Below the pieces are notes generated by a model. That model did not search any database, was not told the origin of the DNA, and saw only the letters and a program-made list of their open reading frames with translations. Below are positions 40,101 to 50,440 of a DNA stretch of 64,000 nucleotides, piece after piece. This DNA is from Lama guanicoe. Its lineage: Eukaryota. The position numbers and the translations under genes are program-made. The stretch spans positions 3,702,303 through 3,766,302 of the forward strand of contig MU053513.1 in NCBI GenBank assembly GCA_013239625.1, given 5' to 3'. Numbering within the stretch: position 1 is the stretch's first letter; each line of letters begins with the position of its first letter.

Positions 40101-40174
40101 ATCGCAATATATGGCAAAAACTTCTGCAGGTCAGCAAGAGACGCTTTCAATCTGCTGATGAGAAACATTTTAAA
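40101..40174 (+). CDS. SLC44A5: SLC44A5 exon, 74 nt: [24 protein letters not shown](K)
   Basis: ttcctcag|ATC ... TTAAA|gtaagt. Confidence 0.95.
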
Positions 40175-40792
40175 GTAAGTAACCAGGTTGAGCATTGCAA
40201 TAAATGATGTGGTGAACCTTGAGCATCCATACTTCACATGTTGTTATTTAAAGTGTTGGTGGTCTTATTAGATATGAATATTATCTTTAAATTTAATAGA
40301 TTTAAATCTTGTCCTTCACACCAGTAATGTCTTCTTATGTCTTAGAATTATTCATCCTATCATCCACCTATGCCTTTAAACCCATTGGCACTTACTCATT
40401 TTTATTATCCCTTCTGCTCAAGAAATTCCCCACATGAATATTATCATCATGTTTCCGACCATTCCTCTCCTCCCAAAACTGACAGTCTGAGTGAACAAAA
40501 TCCGAGAACAAATGCAGCCACCCTCAGGATTCAGGTCCTGGAATTAGAGAGCGAGGCTGACACCACCAGTAGCACCTGACAGCCCTACAATGCCATCTTC
40601 TGTTTACTTCATTAAAAATAAGTCAGAAATTCACCCCTGGGTTCTACATTCATTTCTTGCATGTAACGAATGCCAAATAAAATTTCAGCAAAGACATATC
40701 AAAACGAATTCATGAATTATTTACCCTCATAAATTTCAAGGAACAAATGTCATTTTAACACGAAATTATACTTTCTTTTTTCTGATTCTCAG

Positions 40793-40863
40793 AGTTGCAG
40801 TTATGGATAGAGTTACTGACTTTGTACTCATCCTGGGGAAGATTCTAGTTGCTGGGTGCATAG
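40793..40863 (+). CDS. SLC44A5: SLC44A5 exon, 71 nt: (K)VAVMDRVTDFVLILGKILVAGCI(G)
   Basis: attctcag|A ... ATAG|gtaagt. Confidence 0.94.
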
Positions 40864-40867
40864 GTAA

Positions 40868-40936
40868 GTAGTAACAGTGGTAGCAGTAGTAGTAATAGTA
40901 GTAGTAATAGCAGCGGTACTCGGGTAGTGGCAGTAA
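40868..40936. repeat. Degenerate (GTA/GCA)n trinucleotide repeat right after a splice donor
   Basis: gtagtaacagtggtagcagtagtagtaatagtagtagtaatagcagc. Confidence 0.8.
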
Positions 40937-41048
40937 TGACAATAAAAAGTTTGACAGGTGCTTGGAAAAGTTGGAAAAACTTCTTTACTTCAAAAAGCTA
41001 TATTCCTTTGCAAATGCATAATATAGATGTTCTGCCTTTTCACTGTAG

Positions 41049-41137
41049 GTGTCCTGGCCTTTCTACTCTTCACACAAAGACTCCCAATGATTATAGAAGG
41101 ACCAACATCTTTAAATTACTACTGGGTACCCTTGCTG
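41049..41137 (+). CDS. SLC44A5: SLC44A5 exon, 89 nt: (G)[29 protein letters not shown]
   Basis: cactgtag|GT ... CTG|gtaaga. Confidence 0.94.
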
Positions 41138-41148
41138 GTAAGAGCTGA

Positions 41149-41490
41149 TGTCCTAGTAAGTTTGGGCTGCTACAACAAAAATACCATAGCCTGGGTGGAT
41201 TAAACACCAGGGATTTATTCCTCACAGTTCTGAAAGCTAAGTTCAAGATCAAGGTGCCCACACATTGAGTTCCTGGTGAGAGCTTTCCTCCTAATTTGCA
41301 AAGGGACACCTTCTTGCTGTATCTGACCATGTTGGAGACAGATATCATGTCTCCTGTTTTCTCTTATAAGGGCACTAATCTCATTCATGAGGGCTCCACC
41401 CTCATGACCTAATTACCTCCCACAGGCCCCACCTCCAAATGCCATCACATTAGGGATTAGGTTTCAACATATGAATTTTGAGGGGACACA
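41149..41490 (-). mobile_element. ERVL-MaLR solo LTR (MLT1A-like)
   Basis: Same blocks as 1500-1846 (tttattcctcacagttctg, catgacctaattacctcccacaggccccacctcc, caacatatgaattttgaggggacaca). Confidence 0.85.
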
Positions 41491-41614
41491 GTTCATTTCG
41501 TGAGCATCTGGGTAATATTGACTCTGATTTATCAGAGATGGAAAAATAAAGCCAAAAAGGAGTAGGAGAAACAATGTTAGCTAACACTGCTTTCTGCCAA
41601 GCTTCATTCTGCTT

Positions 41615-42012
41615 TAGAGATTGGGTTCCTTGGAAGCAACCCCCCTGAGACAGAGGATTGCATGCAGAAGGTTTATTATGAAGTGCGCTCTCCTGAGATG
41701 CACTTGGAAAGATATGAGGAGGACAGGCCAGGGCAAAAGAAGAAGCTGACCCATTCTGCAGGTATAACTGAGGCCTTACACATAATCACAGGAAGTTCTG
41801 ACAAAAGGACTGGGCCTCCGTACGCTGCAGGCAGGCATTGGCCAGCAGCTGCCGTCTGAACAGCTGTGTAACGTTGGGTGAGGCAGCGCCCTGCAAGGAG
41901 GGCAGTTTCTAATTCTCAAAACAGCTGAGTCATCAGCAGCCTGCATTCCAAACTACTAGGGGATAGATGCAGCTAGAGAGGACCTGGGTAGAGCCCTGTA
42001 GTGTCTCTTACA
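41615..42012. mobile_element. ERVL-class LTR fragment (LTR16-like)
   Basis: gggttccttggaagca...ctgagacagaggattgcatgcagaaggtttatt. Confidence 0.5.
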
Positions 42013-42455
42013 ACGTATTAACTCATTCAATCCATATGTCATAAATACCATTATTACTCACATTCTCCCCTTCTCCACTAACAATTTTATATAGGAAGCA
42101 GAGTGGTTAAGTGACTTGTTGAGTGTGTGCCTGAGCTGTGATTCAAACCTAGGCAATTGTGTGCTCTTAAGTCCTAATGCTTTACTGCCTCAGTATGCCT
42201 GCACTAAATCGGGTGTTTTTGGTAGGCACTGGGAAAATTATAAGAAAACTGGCAGGTAATCTAGTACATTTTGTCTAAATCCCAGTACAAAGGCATTCAA
42301 AAACATTATCACTGAATTTTTTAGGTTTCTATATTGAAATCTTTTCCAGCACACAGTCCTTCAAAGCTTTCTCATCATGACGTCATTTAAAGCTGCACTG
42401 TTGTTCCTCTGGACAAGTTAATGACATCTTCATTCTCTTCTTTACTCATTTACAG

Positions 42456-42540
42456 ACAGTCATCATTGGATCTTACCTAATTGCACATGGGTTCTTCAGC
42501 GTCTATGCAATGTGTATTGAAACAATCTTCATCTGCTTCT
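42456..42540 (+). CDS. SLC44A5: SLC44A5 penultimate exon, 85 nt: [28 protein letters not shown](C/L)
   Basis: tttacag|ACA ... TTCT|gtaagt. Confidence 0.95.
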
Positions 42541-44211
42541 GTAAGTTTTCAGTATACGTGTTTTCCCCCTTGGTGGATAACCAAAAGATGAAAGGTTAAG
42601 ACCCCGTGTCCTTAGCTGGCTTGTGGATTTGCTATGACCTGGCTGCAACTGCAAAACAGTGTTTATTTGGAAAGAGACATTGTTTAGTAGATACTTTTTA
42701 AACCTTAACAGCCGAGAGATGGATTTTGCAAAGCACAGGGAAGTCTACTACTGAAATGAACCTCAGGCATCATGGCATGGTGTTAGCATGAAATTATTTT
42801 TAAAGTTCTTAATCTTTTCAAGTTTATAATAATGATTGGCTTCCGTTGTGCTTTATTGACAACCGAGGACATAACTTTGAGGGCTTTGAGGCTGGACTTT
42901 GGGAACTCTTTGAAGAGAGCCTTTACAGGTTCTGATAAAGTCAAGCTGGCAATGGTTTCAGACACGTAGGGCCAGTTCACACTAGGTGACACAATGACAG
43001 AGAGGCAGGATTTGCAGAGATGTGTGTCTAGGAAATGGCTAGATCAACTCTGATGCTTAGAGTTAAGATACTTCACTAGAGCTTTCAGCACTGGTTTCTT
43101 AGCTGTGTCTCTGTGTGGCAGGTGCAACTCAATGTATGCAGAATGGATATGTTTTCTATTAGTACCTCATCTAAAAAATACCTGGAGAACGTAGTGCCCA
43201 TCAGGAACTTGACTGGGCTTCACCTTCAACCTAGAAAGAGTAGGGTCAGCAGGTGAAAGAACAGAACTTGTTAGCCCTACAGCTGATACCCTCTGAAAGA
43301 TTATTTCTCTGCCATATTGCTTTTAAGAGAAGGAGAGAAAACATTCTATGACAGGGCATTACTGAGTGATCCACTTGTATAAAACAAACACTTTTTTTTT
43401 TAGTGTAACCCACAGCACCAACTGCATGCTGGGGTCAGGAGAGGAGATGATAACTTTAGGGAGATATACTGAAGGAAAGGGCCTTCTAAAAAATGGTTTG
43501 ATCTTATTTTTTTTCTTTTTGAACATTTAAAAATCAATTTGCAATAACTAGACAAAGAAAGCAGGAGAATTTTGTATACAAGGTAGCTCTTCCCCTGGCT
43601 ATAAATGAGACCGGAATGTTTAATTCCTAGTGCCACAGTGTGATTTGTCAGGAAAAGTCATTACAAAATACCACATGAACAAACTTCCACTCAGGTATGA
43701 GATGGAAGAAGCAGAACAGGAATAAGGGAGCCTAAGACATAGAAGAGACAGAGCTCTCGAACGTTCAAAGATTTCTTCTCTCATCTTCATTGCTAATCTG
43801 AGCCATACTGGGAGATCCCACAAGGGTCTTCCCTATTCTTGTAACTTTCTCAGAATGTATCCCAGGAAATGTCTAGAACCCATGAGTTTCCAGTCTTTGG
43901 CAAATCTTTTGGATTTTGACAGTGGATTTTAAATCTGAGCACTAGGAAATGTTTTCCACTCATCTATATTAATAATTGCCAATTTTTGAAAATCAGGTAT
44001 GATTTCAGCCTTATTCAACACATTGTGTGTTGAATGTGAATAGTTTCCTTTTGGCTATTCTTGTCTTTGATAATAAAGAACAAGAGAAACAAAACTGTAT
44101 TTCTTGTCCCTCTCCAGCTGTTACTATGGGCAACATCTAACTTTGGAAAATATTCTTCTTAAATGATGCTCTCAGCCAAATTCTGGTTGTGTGAAACTGT
44201 ACCTTTCTTAG

Positions 44212-44248
44212 GTGTGTGTGTGTGTATATATATATATACACACACACA
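44212..44248. repeat. Compound (GT)n(AT)n(AC)n microsatellite, self-complementary
   Basis: gtgtgtgtgtgtgtatatatatatatacacacacaca. Confidence 0.9.
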
Positions 44249-45642
44249 TTTACCTCTTTATACCTATTATCTTGGCTGTCAGAAAACTGGTGTTTTTTTT
44301 TTTAAATGCAAACCAACTGCAAACAGTTCATTTATAGAAGCAGCATCCTTTCAACATTACAAGGCAGTGAGAATTCTGGTCCCAAGGTGGAAAAAAACAA
44401 TAGTTGTAGATTATTATTATCTTTATTATGTGATCCACACCACAGTTCCTACCAATTCCTCAAAAGTAATAATGATATAGGCATACAGTATGTGACATGA
44501 TATATGACACAGGAATACGATTAAGGGAGAAAGAACAAAAATGTTCAGCATCTAACATGATCCCTCCTTAGCTTTTCATTTCCTATGTGAGGAAAGTCAC
44601 TGTGAGGTCTAATATAAAAATCTGATAAACCAATAACCCAACCATTCCCAAGAGAGTAGGATGAAAATCAACTTAGATTCATTTCATAAATCTATGACTA
44701 TCCTATATGCTTTTACATAATTTTCTTATCCTTTATTTCATAATAAATAAAGGCTAAAAAAATAATACTTTAATTACTAGTCAAAACAAAGAATCAAGTT
44801 GCAGTTATATATTTATTGGGATATTATCAGCTGTGAATTGTATGTATCTGCAGGAAATTTAATTCCATGCAAACTTCTCCTTGTTTCTCAGCATCATTCT
44901 GATGCTCTCCTCCAACCACCCAACAGATGTGTGCTCAGTGAATACCCATCGTTGTATCATTACCTCAGCAAAGCAGAAACGTAAACTCATGTATTACAGA
45001 AGTCAGTGAACACTGGTATTAGCTTTTGAATGTCATCTGAGGCCAAATGCAAGGATTTAGGACAGGACACCTTTCAGTTAAGTAGGATGAGAGTTGAAGT
45101 AGGTGTCAAGAGACTGGTCCTCACCTCCTCTCCTCATTGCCTCATAGCTTTTGGCTTCAGGAGAGTCATTTTACATCCCTGGGTCTCAGTTTCTCCATCT
45201 GTAACGTTAGGGTGTGGATTACCATTAAGAGCAACTTTAAACTCTGAAATTCACTTATCCTCTACAGTTACCATACCACCCTTTTTGTTCAGCTTCATCT
45301 CAGAGGATGTAGGCAATTTACCTTTCTGAAATGAACAGCCATAGAATTTAAAGATAACACTTTTGAAAGGATATGAAAGGTCTTACTAACCCTTAAACTA
45401 TCAAAATAAACCTCTTTGGAGGGTGGGTGGAATTTAGGAAGTTTCCGTGCTTCCTGGCAGAGGTTGAAGCTTCGTACTTTGACCAGTGTCAGCTACTTAA
45501 CTGCACTAATTTGTCTTATATTTGACTTTCTAACACTGCTTTCTCTGATTTTTCCCTGTTCGACTCTCCAATTTATAAAAATGCATATAATTATTCTGCT
45601 GCTGCTTGCTGCTTTTGCCTGCATTGGCTGCTGCATATACAG

Positions 45643-45755
45643 GTGAAGATCTGGAAAGAAATGATGGATCTACAGAAAAACCCTACTTCATAGCCCCTAC
45701 CCTGCACGGAATTCTGAACAAGAAGCAACTAGTTCCCCAGAAGCAGAAAGAGTAG
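45643..45755 (+). CDS. SLC44A5: SLC44A5 proximal alternative last exon, coding part: (C)[36 protein letters not shown]
   Basis: atatacag|GT; in frame with the previous exon; DLERNDGS motif; TAG at 45753-45755. Confidence 0.9.
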
Positions 45756-46654
45756 AAAAGCTCCAAACAGTGCCACTCATTTTTAAGTAGAAGTTTTGTA
45801 CATTAGGTCATTTGTAATTTGAAAATGATGCTTTTACATAATGTGAAATTTCAGTGCTTATTCCTAAAAAGCCAGAACCTGGTACCATCTGAGGTGTCGG
45901 GCATTTGAACTGGGGTACTTGATAGACTGTGGTCCCCATTGAAGAACAAGGTGTAAATGTCACACATCTTTTTTAAAGTCTATAGCCAAAAGTGTTTCCA
46001 AAACTTTTATAACTTGGCATGCTGTTTCCCATTGCAGCAGTTTGATAGCCTTTCTTTTTTATAAATGTGTATTTGTAAAGGATATTCAGGCTATTTTTGA
46101 AAGCACTGTAAATGTATAGTCAATTAGCCATAAAAAGATTGATTTCTAGTTAACCAGCATTTGGTACTAAATTTGTAAATATGGTGCTATGGTTATATTT
46201 ATACTGTTCAACCTAGTGGACAACTCTCTAAACTGTGACGAAACTTGTAGTAACGGTTCCCTAGGAAGTATATTTCAGTAAATGATTTGAGACCATAACA
46301 GACATATATATGTTAATGTCATACAGGTTCCATGGCGAGGGTTGCTAGGTAAAAATTACTGTGGAAGCCTCAGATCCCATTTTATTTTAGAGAAATTATA
46401 TTTACAGTGAGGTTGAATCTGAGTTCTGGAATGTCATTTCCAATAATATGAACCTCTGGCCACTGTGGAAATATTCTAAACGGAACTGAGATGGCACATA
46501 ACTCATGCCATTTGTCTGTAACCCAAATGGAGACAAATCCCTATTTTCCCATGCCCACCATATAGAAGATTGGTATGGGTCTGTTTCAAGAGTGATTATA
46601 TCTTTCATGAGCATGCCTGTTTTTCTAAATTAAAGAGGTTGTGTGGCTCTGTTC

Positions 46655-46660
46655 AATAAA
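46655..46660 (+). terminator. Candidate polyadenylation signal for the proximal last exon
   Basis: AATAAA about 900 nt after the stop, with ATTAAA at 46629-46634 just upstream. Confidence 0.5.
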
Positions 46661-47599
46661 AGGCTTAATTTTAGCTTAACTTTCAATGAAGAAAGAGAAG
46701 AGATAAGTAAGACACTTCAGATTTTCCCCTAAGGAAATATTAGCCCTCCACAGGTACCTCGTCTGTACCTTTACAAGGGGCGCACTGTGGGTTAGGAGAT
46801 CCCTTCTGAAGGGTTTAGGAGGAAAGTTATTTTCAAACTCCACCCCTGCTGGCCAGAGCAGCAAAACAGGTTCTGGCAGCCATGCCTTAGTCTTTCTTTT
46901 GCATGGCGGAGCAAAGCATGAATCAGACACTCGCGAACTTTGCCTATCCATCTCCTGTGTGCAAGTGCGTATGACATGGCTAACAGTGTAAAAATGTACC
47001 CCCTAAAAGGAGCACTGAATCAATAGTGTCCTTTTGGCTTTTACACTAAGTTTGCGTATAAGGATTATTTATGTCTCGACAGAAAGGAACATGTTGATCT
47101 AACATTTTGATCTGAATATGATCCATGTATTCAAGAAGAGTCAGAAATGTATTATATTATAAGTTAATATAAATTCTTATTATTTAATGATCCTGAAGTG
47201 TAGGAACCTAGATTTAGACCGACTTTATAGCAACTTAATAGCAAGAAGCCAGTGAATGGGGAAGCTTTTCAAAATGTTGGTCCTTGTAATGACCACCATC
47301 TTGTTCTTGGCTTACTTTCTTGAGATTATTGTGATCAAAAGTGTCATTTGGCTTCATATCTTGGCAAAGGGCCTTCTTCATTCTTATACCCCTTGAAGGA
47401 TAATTCAGAGAAGAGTGATAACCTATACTCCTAGATGGTTATTATGATTGTATTATTCAACAATACGGGGGTCACAACAAAGTTCTAGTAAAATAGTTAC
47501 CTCTATTTTAACTGTTGAAAAATTATAATGAATAAGTCCCCTTCTGCAAGTAGTTGAGAAATTCATAATGATGAAACAAAACAATTTTTAATTTTTTGT

Positions 47600-47752
47600 A
47601 TGTATATCAGAATCACTCTGAGAATTTGTTATAGATACCTGTACCCCACCTTCAGAGATTCTGATAAAAAGTATTTAGGTGTGGGACAGCTTGTGATTTA
47701 TTATAAAGTTCTCTAGTGGTTCTGATACACATAAAAGTTGGAAAATCACTTG
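47600..47752. mobile_element. MER5-like hAT-Charlie fragment
   Basis: atcagaatcac, ccccaccttcagagattctgat and ggttctgatacaca...aagttggaaaatcact. Confidence 0.6.
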
Positions 47753-48794
47753 AATAAAATATAAATCAACATGTGTGAAACCAGTTGCCTATTTTCTCCT
47801 TATATTTTTGGCTGTTCTAAAAGTTAGCAAATTGATAAATACAAAGGAGATTAACTTGGAGAATTCTAACAATCATAACTTCTGTATTTTAGATTCTTGG
47901 TACTTGATGGAGGCCATGTGTTAAATGTTTAACATTAAATCTACTGATTAGACCAGAAAATTCTCCACAGTAAAAGTATTCATTGAACTATATGGAGATA
48001 CATTCTAAACTTAGCTATATTTTAAGAATATAACCCTCGGGTACAAAGTCATAGGAAAAGGAAATGTTGTTTGGTTCAATATTTCTTAATAATTTTTTAA
48101 TACTTAAGGAATCTCTAAGTAGAGAAGTTTTAACTATATTATGTGCTTAATTCTAGTCAGAAAAAAATTCATTAATTACTTCTTTGTGCCATTGAAATAT
48201 ATAGACTAAATATGAGCATTATTTTTGAGAAAAAAATTAGAAGCCACTTTCTTATAAAGAACTTAAAGTAATTGTGAAAAAATCAGAGCAATACTTCTCA
48301 AAATTTACAGTTTAAGGATTTGAAATTCACTAAAATTTTACAAATTAAAAAAACTGTACTATTTAAATTGTTGTTCAGAAGACAAAAGCAATTTGAACAA
48401 ATATGGTAATTTAGAAGGCAAATTGAGTGCATAATAGTTTTCAAGAATTTGAAGGTGAATTCAGAAATTCTTCATACATCTTTTTTTTGTGTGTATGTAA
48501 TTTCATTTGCTCTCCAAGAGAAGATAAAACTTATTTCCCCAACCATGCAGCTGAGAGGCAGGTGCTATTGGCAGAATCAGACCTGGTACACAGAACAAGA
48601 TAATATCTTACTGACATAATCACAAGGGCTGATTGTTCTCTTATAGTTATGTTTACAATAATGTTGATGCCAAACTTCGCTGTTTTTTAAAAATAACATT
48701 TTGAGCTGCTGTAAAGCAAGTGTGCAGCAGATGGCGATGTTACTTCTCTTACAGTTTTGCGTTGATATTTACCCTGTGCCATTCTTCCTCCTAG

Positions 48795-48901
48795 TGGAAG
48801 ATTTAGAAAGAAACGATGGTTCTACTGAAAGACCCTATTACATGAGTCAGTCTCTGCTGAAGATTTTGAAAGAGCAAAATGCACAAACTGAGAAGCAGTA
48901 G
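48795..48901 (+). CDS. SLC44A5: SLC44A5 distal alternative last exon, coding part: (L)[34 protein letters not shown]
   Basis: cttcctcctag|TG; in frame; overlaps ORF 48701..48901; TAG at 48899-48901. Confidence 0.92.
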
Positions 48902-50434
48902 AAGTGCAAACGCTGGTCATCGTGCAGCGGTGTTACCTCTCCTTCATCTGCTGTGTCTGTGCTCCTCTGGTTTCATAAGTGCTTTGTGTATGGAACACTG
49001 GATTCATGACCTTGTTGGCTTTTTGTGCATGTTTTATACCAAAGCTTATACTGTAATATGTGAAGCCATCAGAAGTCGCAAGGGAATTGTTAATAACATG
49101 GAACATTTTTTATACCGAGATCTTTTGGTTTGTAATTCATTTTTAAATAGAGTGGCTTGGATGTTTTAAAAATGCTAGTGGATATGTGAATATTGTTTTA
49201 AGTCTTAGATTGAAAAATGATACATTGTTTGGATAGCTCCTAATATATTTTTAAAACTACAACTAAATGACTTCTGCAGGGAAAATTGGTAAACAAAGTG
49301 AAATAGAAGATTTTAAAGTTTTCCCCACTCCTGTTTGACAGTAAATCAGTAAGAGGAGCGCCCCACTCCAGATTTTGCTCTAAGGATAGACTGTTTCCTA
49401 TTAAACAAATTGTCAATCATCCAGCCTTTACTACTTCGTCCTCTCTGACAAAGTGCCTTACTGGCTGTTTAATATTACCCAGCTTTTGTGGGCAAGTTTA
49501 CAAACATTCTTAAAAAAAAAAACCTGCAATGTTCAGTGATTGAAAGAAGTCTTCTTGCATTTGTTTTCCTCTTAGCTCACTGGTTGGAAACTCCTTGTCA
49601 TTTCAGTCGGTTTGATATCCTCACTAGACAGAGGACATTTGCAGCATAAACAATTTCCCTTGCGCCTAGTGGACACTCACGAATGTGTACTATACGCAAG
49701 AAAAAAACCTGAAAGGACACGTGTTGGGCTTGCTCTTTTTTTTTTACTACAAGTGAGTTTAAAATGTAATCTTTTCTATGGTAGATCTTTGAAAATACAA
49801 TAGGTGCAAGACTACATTTCTCAGTGTTTTACAGAGTAGAAAGGGAAATTTTAAGAAATTACAAAGGGAAACTTTACTCCTAGAAAGGGTGCTCACAGGT
49901 GACACGGACTGAATAGCTCCATTTTAAATGATTTTAACATTATCAGGTGTTCTATGTGTTATTTCCATTTTCTAACTTTTGATATGAAATAATCAGTTTA
50001 CTTATGTTACTTTTTATTGTGCTAATATAAACAGGAACATAATTTCTAATTCAATTTTAAATAATTTTATTAGTACTACTAACTAACTTTAAAGAGAATG
50101 AGTTCAGTGTGTTAGTGTTATAGAAAGAGTCCATAAAACATTCACCCTAAAGGAATGTCAATTGCATAATGATAGTTTGTGAAAGCTCTGAGAATCAACA
50201 GCAAGTTACTGGCAGTTTATCTATTATCACATCTAACTGTGACTTTGGATATTCTTTTATGCCAAAAACGAACTCACATGAGCACATGACAGTCTGAGCT
50301 CTATAATCAGTGTGCTTCTGCTGTGCAGAAATATTAGGAACATATTGTCTAAATATCTTTGATAACTAAAATATTTAATATTTAATGAAATTTGTTGTTA
50401 CTCATTATTTTAAATCTATTTGTTTTTTTCTTCT

Positions 50435-50440
50435 AATAAA
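50435..50440 (+). terminator. Candidate polyadenylation signal for the distal last exon
   Basis: AATAAA with a U-rich stretch upstream and a GT/T-rich stretch about 20-30 nt downstream; implies a ~1.55 kb 3' UTR. Confidence 0.6.

Noticed and set aside
44013..44035. Hairpin attcaacaca-ttg-tgtgttgaat as a structured RNA
   Set aside because: A 10-bp stem is too short for a pre-miRNA and is plausible by chance in 64 kb of AT-rich DNA.
48795..48901. A pseudo-exon or assembly duplication of 45643-45755
   Set aside because: The copies are heavily diverged, mostly at synonymous sites, with unrelated flanks, and each has its own acceptor and stop.
45753..48904. Stop-codon readthrough or selenocysteine recoding at either stop
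   Set aside because: Both stops are TAG followed by AA. There is no TGA-CTAG context and no in-frame TGA.
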